Program-made: the position numbers and the translations under genes
In this document: positions 12,070 through 24,762 of the stretch, piece after piece
Numbering within the stretch: the stretch's first letter is position 1
How the letters are laid out: the number at the start of each line of letters is the position of its first letter
Notes under the pieces: generated by a model
What the model saw: the letters and a program-made list of their open reading frames with translations, nothing else
Told to the model about the DNA's origin: nothing
The model's database searches: none
Assembly (NCBI RefSeq): GCF_006345805.1
Contig: NW_021831286.1
Coordinates: 1 to 64,000, forward strand
Length of the DNA stretch: 64,000 nt
Reading direction: 5' to 3'
Origin: Octopus sinensis
Taxonomy: Eukaryota

Positions 12070-15065
12070 TTCTTCTAAAGTTAAGCTCCCAAGAACTTCT
12101 TTGCTTATCAAACTCACCCTTCTCCTTTTTGGAGACATTGAACTAAATCCTGGCCCCAGCAAGAAGAACCTATTACGTATCTTGCAGATCAATATCAATG
12201 GAATTGCTCAGAAGACTGCTGAACTTTATTCCTTCCTGGAGAAGCATGACGTGGACATTGCTTTGGTGCAAGAAACGAAGCTCTCGACCAAAAATCGCTT
12301 GCCAGATTTCCCTGGTTATTCATACATCCGTCGGGACAGACCGGGCTCTGTATTGGCAACGATCAAGTGATTGAAATGACAGCTATGACTGTCTCTACAG
12401 GATCATCAACCAGAAGACTCACCAATTTATACATACCTCCTCACTTGTCATGTCCTCATGGATGGACCCCTTCTATTCAAAACCTCCAGTCCCTCAACAA
12501 AGTCATTATTTATGTTGATATGAACGCAAAGAGCCCGATATGGCTAAAAAATCAATCTCTCAACTAAAGAGGATCTCTACTTTTCGACGAATTTGATGGT
12601 TTAGTTATCCTCAACAATCCCTCATCTCACACCAGAACACCGTCAAGGAAAGGCGACGCAATTTCTTCTCCTGACATCTCGCTGTTTACTCCAATTCTGG
12701 CCCCTGTTACTTCTTGGAAGGTCATTTACGACCTAAATTCTGATCACAACCCGATTATTATTGAGAATTCACTAAAATCCAACATCGACATTCAACGGCG
12801 TTGTAATACGAATTACAAAAGAGCTTCCTGGGACGACTACCGTCTCGCTCTAGAAAAATCATTAAATGATTTCGACATTATCAACTTTCGTTTGACTAAC
12901 GCAGCAGTAAATTATCTCAATGCACTTATCATCTCCACCTTCAAAAAATTCATTCCTCAAGGAATTATACAAAATTTCTCCCAAAGTTACAGCCACTAAG
13001 TAAACGCCATTATAAAGACCCGTAACAAACTGAAACGGGAAAATGGACAATCTGGTGTGTCCTTTATAGAACTGAGAAATCTAAACAAACAAATCACTGT
13101 TGCCATAAATCGGCATATTAACTCGAAGTGGAATCAATTTATTGCTTCTATTGATTACAGATCCAATTCCTCCAAAATTTGGTCAACCCTTAAAGGGATG
13201 AATCAACTGATGTTTGAAAAGCCAAAATCGCATGAATCTGTTGTTTATCGTCCCCGTTCAATGCGCCACTCAATCCGGTTCAGCAGGCTAACACACTAAT
13301 GAAATATTACACTTCATTAAGTCACAAAACATCTAACAAAAACGACCGGAAAGTAACCAAATCTCTTAGAAGACTTCCCGTCAAAGATTCTATACCGACT
13401 TTCACTGCGGAGGATGTCTCGCAATGCATTAAAAACTCCAAAATTCCCCTGCAAATCGCCCTGACAACATTTCAATCTATCATCTCAAAAGACTAGGCCC
13501 TAATGCTATCAAAGCAATAGTCTCTATTTTAATCCCTTCCCAAACATTTTCCAACGTCCCATAGTCAACATGGTTTTAAGCCACTGCACTCAACAACTAC
13601 TCACTTAACAACACTTTCGCAATCTGTCCTGGACGGCTTCAATGAGAAGAGACCCCCAAAACGAACAGTACTAGTTTCAATCGATGTCTCAAAGGCGTTT
13701 GACAGCGTCCCTCGGTGTGGACTCATCCACAAAATTTTAAAAACAGACCTAAACTCAAACCTCAAATCCTGGCTTGCAAACTTCTTATCGGGTCGAATGG
13801 GATACGTCTCCCTTATGGACCACTGTTCAAAACAACGCTATCTTTCAAATGGGGTACCGAAGGGTTCTGTGTTGTCCCCTTCCCTGTTCAACTTATATTT
13901 ACATGACTTTCCGGCTAATGCCCCAAACAACTTGACATTATCTTACGCAGATGACATTATCATTGCTTCTAAACACGCAGATTACATATCAGCCTCTCTC
14001 AACATCCAGCAACAATTATACTCTGTTGAGAATTGGTTCATTGAAAACAGACTCGAGGCTTCACCCTCGAAATTGTCGGTCACCTTATTTTCTTCCGACA
14101 GAAGATAATCAAACCTTCACCCGAAGTTATCTCTCTTTGTTTTGACCTCCCACTATGCAAAAACCCTACTATCCTCGGACTTACTTTTGATCCAACTATG
14201 TCCTTCAACAAGCATGTCTCTAACATTTCTGACAAGGCAAACAGACGCACAAACATACTAAAAGCAATAATTGGTCACATTACAGGCGCCCAGAAGTCAC
14301 TTCTCAAACGAGTTTACAAACAATACATTACAGGCCCCCAGAAGCCCGTATTAGGTTATGCGAGTCCAAGCTGGGCGCCCTGTCTATTCATAAACTCGAC
14401 AATGGCACTTCAATCAGTACAAAACAAGGCCATGCGCACAATATCTGGGTGTCTGAAATTAACCCAAATTGATAACCTTCACTGTGAAACGAACCTTTCG
14501 CCAATTGAAGATCATCTAAACATGAGAGGAGCGCAATTTTTATTTGCATCTCGAATTCCCTATCATCCATTTTCTGCTCTAAATGTGCTAAACGGAAGAA
14601 CACGGCGGCGAATCTATATTCCCGGATCCTTGCAAAAATCGACGGCTTGCACCAATTTCCATACCCGATGAGGAAAATTCACAATTTGATATCCACATCA
14701 GCTATTCTTAACTGACGCCCAACTCTGTACTCAATAAACCTCCTCCTGACGTTCACTATTCTGAATTGCTTCTCGACCGTTCAGCTCAGACAAACTTGAC
14801 TCGTTTCCGTTCTGGTCATCACTCCTCATTAAACCACTATGAACACAAAATGGACATCTCGATCTTCCCCTTTTGTCCCATTTACCATGCTGACGAGCAC
14901 ACAACTGCGTATCTATTCCGCTGTCCTGGTCTTCCTTCGCTCCGTAAAAAATTTGCCATTCACTCCCCGGAGGTCCTATGGAAGCAACCTGGGAGGGCAG
15001 TGTTGTTTCTGCAAGCTGCTGGTCTCATAACTTAATGTGAAATCGGGTTTATGCAACAACAACAA
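12070..15065 (+). mobile_element. Near full-length I/Ingi-like LINE (2A-like motif, APE, RT, C-terminal zinc-finger-like region, (CAA)4 tail), disrupted
   Basis: GDIELNPGP at 12131-12157; LQININGI...QETKL (APE); GVPKGSVLSP, YADD; LTRFRSGH...CP..H...HTT.YLF.CP; CAACAACAACAA at 15054-15065. Confidence 0.85.
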
Positions 15066-15619
15066 GTAAGTTGAAGATTCGCCAATATTTATGTCGAGGA
15101 GTGTATTGTAGTCGAGATCCAGTCGAAAGACTTTCATGAAACCTTTCAGAGTTTGGCCTATCTAGTGACCCAGAGAACAACTTAATTTCATTTATGAAGA
15201 TGAGATGTTGGTGCTAAAACACCGTCTATCGTGTGCAGCCGACATTTGTTAAGTTGGGATACTTCGGCAAGAGATATATTTATAAAAGCGGTTTCAACCC
15301 ACCATGGTAAATTTTTCAGATCTGAGTCATATGTCAAATCAATCATTTCCAATTGTAAGTTAGCTGCTAGATGCGAAATATTTGTAGTAAATATGATCAC
15401 TGCATATTCCCGTAAAAGTTCACAGAAAATTTCAAAACATGTCTAGAATTGTCGAAGCAATCCTCTTATTTTCTTCCAATAACGATACATATCAAAATTT
15501 GATGTTGTGGAAATTACAACTTTCAAAAAAGAAAAATGTCCAGTGTTTCTCACTGTCAATTGTGTCTCCTTCAACATTAGTTTCATAATGAAAGCATGTA
15601 TTTTGACCCTCACATATGG

Positions 15620-15775
15620 CGACGAGGACTGGTTCGGTACTTTAAATAATTATAATTAGGGTTAGCATGGAAAAAGACGCTTCGGTGCCTTGTTTTTATC
15701 TCTCCGTTAATGATCTTTCCTTTATTTTATTGGTTATGGTTTTTCCTGAACAATAAAAAACTATTCTATTCTATC
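15620..15775 (+). mobile_element. Isolated 3' end of the Jockey/I-like LINE family
   Basis: GCATGGAAA.AGAC.CTTCGGTGCCTTGTTTTTATCTC.CCGTTAATGAT matches 10254-10304; ends AATAAA..CTATTCTA. Confidence 0.7.
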
Positions 15776-15864
15776 TTCAAAAAGGAGATAGTTTGAATTT
15801 GAATCATTTTTGTCGAGAAGTGAAGAACAAGGTCTCTACACGGTTAGATTTTAACGGTAATATA

Positions 15865-16860
15865 TTATTCTCCACATAAACCAATAAATATATTAGCAGT
15901 GATATCAGCAGAGGAGAGCCTGAAATAAACATCATGAATGAGACACTCATCTCGGCACTGTTCAATAATATGTCTGTAATCCCAAGTGGTATTTGTCTCC
16001 AACGGCTCCTTGGTTATAAACCCAAAGGCGTAGATATCCAGTCGATAGTTTATACTCCCTTCCACAACTCGGGCGCCATGTATGCAGAGGATCCTACTTT
16101 TGAATGACAAAGACTCCTGAGGTAGCTTGAAGCAATGGGCAAATTCAAAGTAACAGAGGACGACATTCTTGCAGTCATCTGAGACCAGAAAGTTGTCAGG
16201 TTTTATGTCTTTGAACAATCGAACGCGAATGAATATAAGCCACATAAGTTGCGGCACATGCCATCAACCAAACCAAGTTTCCAGGATTTGAATTTTTTTC
16301 TACGAATAAAATCAAGTTTGCTACATTATGTATGTGCCAGGACAGTGATGCTTGGAGATTATGTGAAACCAACACAGCCTACGCAGTGTTGCCGATGGTC
16401 CTTTGAAATGGCAAGGTACCCAAATATTGTTAAATCATTGTGAAATAAGTCGCTGTTCGCGTATCTTATAATAGCTACGTCATGATTGCCAAATTTCTCA
16501 TGCAAAATTCCACTTTCATTTAATAGGTACTGTGGCGTAAATATATATGATAACACTTTCATCAAATCAAACACAGCAAAACAAACTACGGACTCTTTCA
16601 CTACGCTTTTCACATTTGAATTGGGAAGCAGCGTGTTTGGGACGTCACCTGTGCCGACTCTTTTGCCAAGGGAGCCTTGAATTCCACTGCTTGTTGACCG
16701 GTTCGTCGGCCGAGGAGGTCTAATCCACGAAACTCACGAAATACAAGGATTTGTGCGATCGCCTTTGCTTTTTGGCAATTCACGTTTAGACTTCACTGTG
16801 TTTTCGGGGCCAAGACGCTTACTCATCAAAAGAAACTTGGCCGTCTGTGCACCCATCGCT
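15865..16860 (-). pseudogene. Degenerate protein kinase-like sequence
   Basis: DIKPDNFLV catalytic-loop motif followed by a decayed DFG-like region and a ..LDIYAFG motif; multiple stops and frameshifts; no clear micro-introns. Confidence 0.5.
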
Positions 16861-17073
16861 CCAGAGATCCCAGGGAATTTATATTCCTTATTCAGAGAAT
16901 CAAGTTGGCTGTTTTACGCGTGAAATGTCTCTCAATCCTGCGAGCCGGTACTTAATAACTAGCTTATTCCGTTTTCCATTTAGTTATAAATGTTTAAAAA
17001 AATGTGTTTAACACAAAATTAATGTAATATATATAAATTATTTTTATTATAAAAATTAATTCGTAAAATAGCA

Positions 17074-19888
17074 TTAATAATTTAAATCGTTGCTTAGCTC
17101 GCTCATTTGAATAAACATTTGTTCGAACAGTTCATTTAAATAATGTCCACTGACACTGAGTTTGAGGTCTTTAATCATCTACCACTGACTTTTATTATTA
17201 CTTGGTCTATTTTCAACTTTGTATCTTCTAAAACTGCCTTGTCTGTTTGATCTGCAGAATGCAGTATGGTTGCAATTTTTTCCCAAACTTCCTCTGTATT
17301 CTCAGACTATGGCAAAAAGAATACCTTAATTGGGGAGAGCGACTCCACTTGTCCTGATAAACAGCATACAGTCGTTAGATATAATTCAATGTTGCTAATA
17401 ATAAAAGATGTTTTCTACAATTAACACAACTAGTTACTTCTCGGCCAAATTTTAAAATATTAGAAAGATTTGATAAATTTAATGCAAGCTTGGAGCCAAC
17501 AGACCGTGTATATTTGAAGATAAAACTCTCTGGGTTATAATAATACTTGAATACTAATCAAAATAATACATTAATTGCTGCATTCAGTTTGTAATAGTCG
17601 TCGGATAGATTATGGACATAGTGTTCCAATTGGCTTTGTATTAACGTGTAATAGAGCGTTTTCCCCAAAGCCTTTTAATTATAATCACAAGAATACTTTT
17701 CCCGCCGAAATCAGTCTTTTTGTGTTCACGGAGCACGTGTTTAATATATTTTTCACGTTTACAGTCAAATTGTTTGATAGAGTTGACAAAAATTCGAATG
17801 CTTGGTCTGAAATTTCTTGTATGTGAGCATTCACATTATTCTAGAGCATGTTTTATTCAACTGACCTGAATTTCCCCCATTGATTGCACTCTGTCAGGTA
17901 GTGCAAGCATGACTATCACGGTGTCAAGAGTATCTCCAATATCCGCCACGGATTCTGCCAGTCGACTGTCCCTCTTGTGGATACAGTCAGTGTAAACGAA
18001 GAATTCTGTCACACGTCTCTTCAAATCTTGCCAGAGCTGCTCAATTTGCTCATTATTTCCTTTCATTGAGTCAAGGAGCTGATAGAGCCGGTTCAAGAAT
18101 ATAACTCTAAACATGAGAGAGAGAACTGTACATTCCATCAACCAGAACACATCCCCCTCCCGTAGATTCCTCGACCACTAGTCCTTCCAATCGAATGAAA
18201 GAAGAGAGCAAAAAGAACACGAGTGCAACTCCACACTTCCTAATTTTTGACTGGTTCATGTTTGTTGAGAAATGAAATTTTTTTTCAAACAGGTTCCCGC
18301 TCTTTTTTATAAATCGATTGTTAATTGATTCATTTTTTTCAAAAATTGTCCGCATCTTGGCGACATGGCGATGTTCCTCCCCAAAAAACGAATTGCAAGA
18401 TTCTCTGAACGTCGAGTCTGATTCGACGGAAGTCTTAGAAACCCTCACGTTATCGTAAAAATCTTTGATCGATCCATTCTGAGTTGGCACAGTATTCCCC
18501 AAAGATTGCTGAAGAGAGGAGACAGAATTGAAGATTTTGTAATGTAAATGAGAGTAGTGTCGCAAGAGGAATTCAATATTGTCAATTTCAGTAGTTAAAA
18601 TGTTGTATTTGGAAGTAAAGTTACGCCCAAAATCGAAAATGAATCGTCCTTTGCCGTATCCCCATTTTTCAACGTTCCCTACCGGCCAGGCGTGCTTTAA
18701 ACTTCTTGATTTGACTTTATAAATCAAAATATATTTGGGGGAAATTGAGAGAATGCGAGGAATCAACTTTCCATGTTTCAAATTAATTTCCTTAAGTTCA
18801 CCAATTTGGCCAAACTTGAATGTAAAAAAATGTAGCTCCGAAAAAGGGTTTCCCACAGCATTCTTTTACATAGTCCGACTTGATGACATCTCCAACTGAT
18901 CCTCGGAACAGTTTGTATTGCTGTAAAAAAAAATGCACCAAATTCAACCTCAGCCACTTTACGTTCAATCTTTCTATTTCTTTGATATATTTCGGGCAAG
19001 TAGTTCTGGAAGCTGCATATGTTAGAAATGAGTCACCACTTTATCGACTTGGCAGAGAAATCACCTACTTCAATTTGGCATTGCATGGCTGCTAATTTTA
19101 TGGCCGGTCCAGTATCGATTTGGCAAGTTCCTGAGAGAATTAGTCCAGAAAGCTTAAATAAAAGCAAATAACTACATGTTGGTAGAGAATATCTAATTCA
19201 ATGTAATTTCTTGGAATATTCTCGCTTATGTAAAGTCTTCTTTCCAATGTGATGATTTCGTTGGGAGAAATTCCTTGCTCGGGTAAACTCAGCCCATTTA
19301 GTAGCCAAACCACTGAAATATACGTAAATATTATGCCATTATTGTCAATATGTGATATAATTGGGTTATTCGGTTTTTTTATTGTGGTATGTCGGACTAG
19401 TTATCGCGGTTCTCTCCTAAGATAATACTCTTTCCAAACGTGAATTCCTATGAATTAATGACCATCATCAACCGTATAGTTTGCAAAATATAGGAATTAA
19501 ATCTCCTACCAGGCGAGAACAATTATATTTGACTGTCCTCAGGATCCCGGTCGATAACTTTATTTTTGCATATTGATGGTTGCATTTATATTCAAGGTAT
19601 TCCTATTCTTTTAATTATTTTATAAACTGTTGGTTTAGTTTGAATATAGTATCCAATCGGTTTATCATTCACCAACCAAATTTCCTTGTTGAGATCACTG
19701 GTCTTCATCATAAGGCTATAGTCTTCTAATTGTTAAAATTGAGACATGCCTTCGTCGAGGACTCTCAATTTTCGCACACTTGCTCGAAGAATTGCTATTA
19801 CTTGACGGACTGGCATTTTTAAGTCGACATTGATTCTCTCAACCGAGGCAATTTCGTGAGCAATTACCTTAATCGAAATAACAGGCAT
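17074..19888 (-). CDS. TLN1: Talin-like protein: complete FERM head (F0-F3) and a short helical C-terminus; at least 13 micro-introns
   Basis: Spliced segments align in register with talin: DYSLMMK..EIWL, IKLSTGILRTV, GIHVWKEYYLRRE, WLLNGLSLPEQGI..NEIITLERR, LAAMQCQIEVGD, FFGATFFYIQ|EINLKHGKLIPRILSI, WPVGNVEKW....FIFDFG. ATG at 19888, TAA at 17074. One apparent 1-nt deletion at ~19410. Confidence 0.85.
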
Positions 19889-20099
19889 TTAGTCTCTACA
19901 ATAATTGAATAATATTTTTACATTTTGATAATTCAAGCCTTATCATTAATGGTGATGAGATGTCAAACTACAAAACATTTATTTGATTTCGATAAATCGA
20001 ACAGTTAATATTAAATTTAAATTATTTTGTATATATTTTAAAACTAATTATAATCAGAATCATAATAATAAAGACAAACAACAAAGACTAATTAATAAT

Positions 20100-20990
20100 T
20101 GATTTAAGATATTTTGACAAACCGATGAGAAGCTGACTAGCATTCAATATCATCTAATTAATATTATTCACTACGTTCTCTGATTACTAAGTAATTCAAA
20201 AAACTGAGAGCTTTTGAAAAGATGATAAAAATTATATGTACCATTCGTTTTTTAAAAACGATTTCGGATTCGATGATAGGATCATTCTTGCACAGACAGC
20301 ATTAATTCACTTTATAATCAACCCCATACATCCTAAACAATTTTTTTAAGTTTTTTCTTTGAATGAGAGGAGTTGCCGAAGGTACTTTGAAACTTCTATC
20401 TTGGTAGAATGTTACTTATATGTGTTTCATATGGATTAAACCTCTGAAAACTTAGTCATCAGAGTAAATTACTTTAATGAACCTTCATATGAGCTTCTCA
20501 GCTTTTGCAAAGCGGCCTCAAGGTAGATATAAAAACTTAGGGCAGCATCCGATTCTGCAGTAGATAGAGATCACAAACAGCAGTGGCGAGAGAGTCACCT
20601 TGATGGGTTCCCACATTTGTCGAGAAAGATCTTTGTCTAAAGGCAAACAGTAAGTTCCGTTTTTGTCAGTAACACTTTTATGATTTCTATATCTTCGTTA
20701 AAGAAGCTCCGCAAGACCTTCATGAGCAAGTCTCGACGGACGGAGTTGAAGGGTCTTGACACATCGATGCTCACATAGTGACTACAAATTGGTCATCACT
20801 CGAATTACTCCTACATAAGAAATATTCCCCCGTTGTAACAAGTCAGTTTAAACAAAGATAAATCTCGCCACAGAAAACTCATTTGGAATGAACCCAATAG
20901 GCTTATATCTCGAAAGTGTTAGTGCAAGTCTTGCTAACATTCTACGAAAAGAGTACCCAGATGAACTACAAAAATAAGTGCAGCAAACAA
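20100..20990 (-). mobile_element. Decayed RTE-like RT remnant
   Basis: DVSRPFNSVRRDLLMK and QGDSLSPLLFVI..YLEAALQKL, matching the family at 11378-11905. Confidence 0.65.
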
Positions 20991-21129
20991 ATATATAGGA
21001 CTATTTCTCCTAAAAATTAAGCCCTAAAACTGCATAATTTGATCTCATATTATAAAGGAAAAAAATTCACGTCTTGTTTTTAAAAAATGCAGCACAATAA
21101 AAAAGAGGCAAAAGAATGAATGAATATGG

Positions 21130-22433
21130 TTTATTTATTACAATAGGTCCAAAAAAAAGTGGCCGAGGAATTAGAGCTTAGGGGGCTTGATAACGAGAGC
21201 CACGAAGGTCTCAACTTCGGTTTTGCCCCAGGAGACTGTCTTATCTCCCTCAGCGAGTTCGAGTTTTTGCCAGGATCGCGTCAATCGTGTCAACACTCCG
21301 CTCATGCAGGTCTTCCAGCGGACTGCTGAGCTCCAGGCCGAATGCCAGTTTGATGGCAAATCGTCTGGTTTTTTCGAGTTTGGCGATTAGAAGGTCCCTT
21401 TCATCAGTTTGGTACCAGCCCTCCGAGCCATAGATTATTAGTGGCTGAACACAAGTCTGGTAGATGTGTAGAAACGTTTCTGCGCTTAGACAAAAACGCC
21501 TCAGTCCTTTTAGGATTTTCGCTCCTTGTTTCCGCTTTGCATGCACATGGGGTTTGTATGACCCGGTGGGGTCTATAGTTACTCCCAGGTAACGTAGGTT
21601 CTTCGATATAATCAGGTTCCCATAATCCTCGAAAGTCGGTTTTTTGTCACGACCCATTGAAATCCAACAAATGGTACTTTTGTCCAGGGCGAGATTCAAG
21701 CCTTTACCATTGCACCAGATTTCAAGTTCCTCCAAGTACGGTTCTAGTCTGCTCCAGGACAGCCTTCTTCTGTGTCGGGGTCCCCACATCGAGACATCCG
21801 TAACCAAGATATCGTCTGCGTAGATAATTAGTCTGCTCGTAGGAAAATGTGGTTTCGGGACGTCGGCCAGAAATATATTAAAGGCAAGGGGCTGAGAACC
21901 GATCCCTGAGGAACACCTCTCCTCAGATTCACGGCCTTCGATAGCAAATTTCCACAACGAATGAACGATTTTCTCTCGCACAAGAAGTCCTTAAGCCATC
22001 CGACAGTTTTTCGCCCAGCACCCAACTCCGCTACTTTATCTAACAACCCCAAGTGCCAGACACTGTCAAAGGCCTTGCAGACGTCCAGGCAGACCGCCGT
22101 TAGGCAGGCTTTATGTTGTTTGGCCCGAGTCAGTTCTTCCTCAAGAAGCGAGAAACAGTGACCGGTTGATCGACCAGGTCTAAAACCCCACTGTTCCTCC
22201 GCGAGTATATTATTTTGTTCCACGTAAGCCGATAAACGATTGAAAATAATTCTTTCCATTATCCTCGACGTTGTGCAGATAAGGCTAATTGGCCTATAAC
22301 TTCCTGCCTGCGTATTTGGTTTTCCAGGTTTTGGGATCATTCGGACGATTGTTCGTTTCCAGCTAGGTGGGACGTGACCATTGTCCCAACTGGCATTGAA
22401 TAGTTTCACCAGAATACGAAGAGGCAAAAGCAT
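21130..22433 (-). mobile_element. 5'-truncated Jockey/I-like LINE (RT)
   Basis: IPKPGKP..SYRPISL, EQWGFRPGRST, LDVCKAFDSVWH, GVPQGS, YADD; TAATAAATAAA tail at 21130-21140. Confidence 0.88.
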
Positions 22434-23089
22434 AACTGAATAAAAACTGAGGGCAGCATCCGCTTCTGCATCAGATAGAGAAGGAATATTGGAGATTTGA
22501 TATCAAAAAAGAAAAAAACTTAGACGAGAGAAAACTCACTCATTTCAGATTAAATTTCTAGACGGGAACAAATTTTCGACAAACATACCCGGAGATCGTC
22601 TTCAATTGAGAACAACCTGTTTCTGTTTTTTGATTTAATCTCGACTGGACAAGAGAAAGCTTGTTCACACTTATAAAATGTTAAGAACTAAAGCAATATT
22701 TTAATTGATTTTTAAAATTTGAAGGATAAGAATCTTTTATGGAAATATAAAGCATATCTGTCGACAATTCAGCAAAACTGAAAGAGAAGATCTAAGCTTA
22801 CAAATTGACACTTCAAAGTTAATTAAAATCTTTTTGGTGAGTCAAAAATAAAGGGTTTCTCGATCTATTTAAGATTTGTCCTAACAAAAATTAGAATTGT
22901 TGCAAATAAAAAAAAGAATAGTTTCAACATACCTGATTGTTCCAATAAAAATCAGAAAAGTTAAAAACAACATTTATATTAAAAGAACTCTTATTCATTA
23001 ATTATATAAACTTAATTAAACAAGTATTACATTTTAATAACCAGAAGCACTGTTGAACGGATACTTAATCATTTTTATTATAAAATGAA

Positions 23090-23350
23090 ATCTGTAGTTC
23101 CAGTGGCAGAAAAAGAAATGCTGATCTTGTTAAAAATTTAAAATTGGACTACGTTTCAAAATTTTGGTTACTCGAAACAGAATCTTGAAATTTAAGTTTT
23201 ATTTGTATTGACGAAGTTGGTTTTAAGTCAAAAAGAAGTCAATCTAATGAAGAAACTTTACCTTATGTTAGGATCGCAGCTGAAAGAAGTCGTAAATTTC
23301 TGTTTTGGCAGCAATTAATAAATATTGAACGATATTCTTTAAAATTTACA
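23090..23350 (+). mobile_element. Tc1/IS630-like transposase remnant
   Basis: RKRNADLVKNLKLDYV...FICIDEVGF resembles the first Asp motif of DDE_3 transposases. Confidence 0.45.
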
Positions 23351-23399
23351 CGTGTTTGATGCATTTGTTAGAATTGACTAGGGAACAACTTGAAAAAAT

Positions 23400-24420
23400 T
23401 GAGAAATTTTAAATTTCATCAATAGCTGAGAATTCATTAGACAAGAAACAACGATTTCGATTAAAAAGCTATCGCAAAAATTTTTTTTTGAAGACGGTAA
23501 AGCGTTTTTATTGAAGGATGGCCTAAAATTACGGTTCTTTGCAGTTGAAAATAGTGAACTGAAATTGAAGATAATTGAGGTAGTGTATCTGCTTTATTGA
23601 AATCTGAGCTAATAAACAATTTTGGCCGAGATAGACTTAGTAGTATGTGGAGGAATAGTTTCTACAACATAATGACAGAAGATATCCGCTTTGTTTTAAA
23701 AAAATGTGTTTATTGCCAAGTATTGGCTATTTATTTATTAGCTAGTCAAAAAAATTGATGGCAACCAAGCCAACTATCAGTCCAATCATTGCCAGAAGTC
23801 CTAGAGACCATTATATCCCAGATCTTATAGATCTCAGAAGATATTCAGAAACAAATCGATCAAACTCGTGGTATGCTGTTGTGAACTAGTAAGCTGTTGT
23901 AGAACTAGCAAAGAATAAAAGTGCATTGGAAATTTCATCTCTACTTGAGAATATATTCTACGTTATTGGAGATTGGAAATTTCATATCCCTAACCCGTTA
24001 TTCTCCAAATTGATAACGGAAGAGAGTTTCGCAATTCTGAAATGGATAAGCTGTGTGAATTTTTTAAAATAAAGCATATCTGTGAAAGACCTAGAGCACC
24101 TTGGGTACAAGGACAAGTTGAAAGGTTTTTTTAAAGCTATAATAAAAAGGTTCAACCAATCAATAAAACGATGAAAATCCTCAACAAGTGTTTCAGCCGG
24201 AAATTTTGGAGTTTACTTCAACATTATAAAGAGGATCGTATATGATTACAATCGAACAAAACATGACACGACCAGGAATATTCCTTTTCAAAGTTTTATG
24301 AGAATCAAAAAAACCAGACGAAAATTAAATAAACGAATTAATGGCATTCGGTGGAACTGACCCAGAAGTAGAAATAAATTACGAAAAAAATGAATGTGAC
24401 CGGCGACATTAAAATTTGGC
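23400..24420 (+). mobile_element. Decayed Ginger-like integrase with two micro-introns
   Basis: LRFFAVE..LKIIE|, FGRDRL, CVYCQ|, PIIARSPRDHY..DLIDLRRYS, DNGREF, RPRAPWVQGQVER. Introns 23580-23608 and 23720-23745 at the same positions as in 58878-59340. Confidence 0.75.
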
Positions 24421-24469
24421 CTTTATTAAAAAAGAAACTAATTAACTAAGTAATTTTTCTAACTAAGTT

Positions 24470-24760
24470 CAGAGCCTTCGAAGTGAGCAAAGGGTGGCAC
24501 TCCACGCACCTCCTCCCCTTCTTCCTCCTTTTCTCTGGCACTGTAGACTCTCGAGAAGGTGCAGTCCAGCGCCTCTCGCTGACTAAACGTCAGGAAAGGA
24601 CTGGATCGGCGAGCATCAAACAAGACACTCTCCAGAGTCCTCTTAAGAACAGTTGACTGTATAAGCCTGTAGAGACTTATCTACATCCAACTGTCTTAAG
24701 TACCGCTTGTGGTATTTGGTGACCAGTCCATCCCATTTCCATAACATTTGTCCACGGAAA
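24470..24760 (-). mobile_element. 3' tail of an RLE-type retrotransposon (TWDG family)
   Basis: Minus strand reads WDGLVTKYHKRYLRQLDVDKSLQAYIQSTVLKRTLES. Confidence 0.7.
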
Positions 24761-24762
24761 AT

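Noticed and set aside
18791-18835. Apparent +1 frameshift in talin at a T7 run
   Set aside because: Resolved by a 25-nt GT-AG intron at 18791-18815, which gives FFYIQ|EINL in register with talin.
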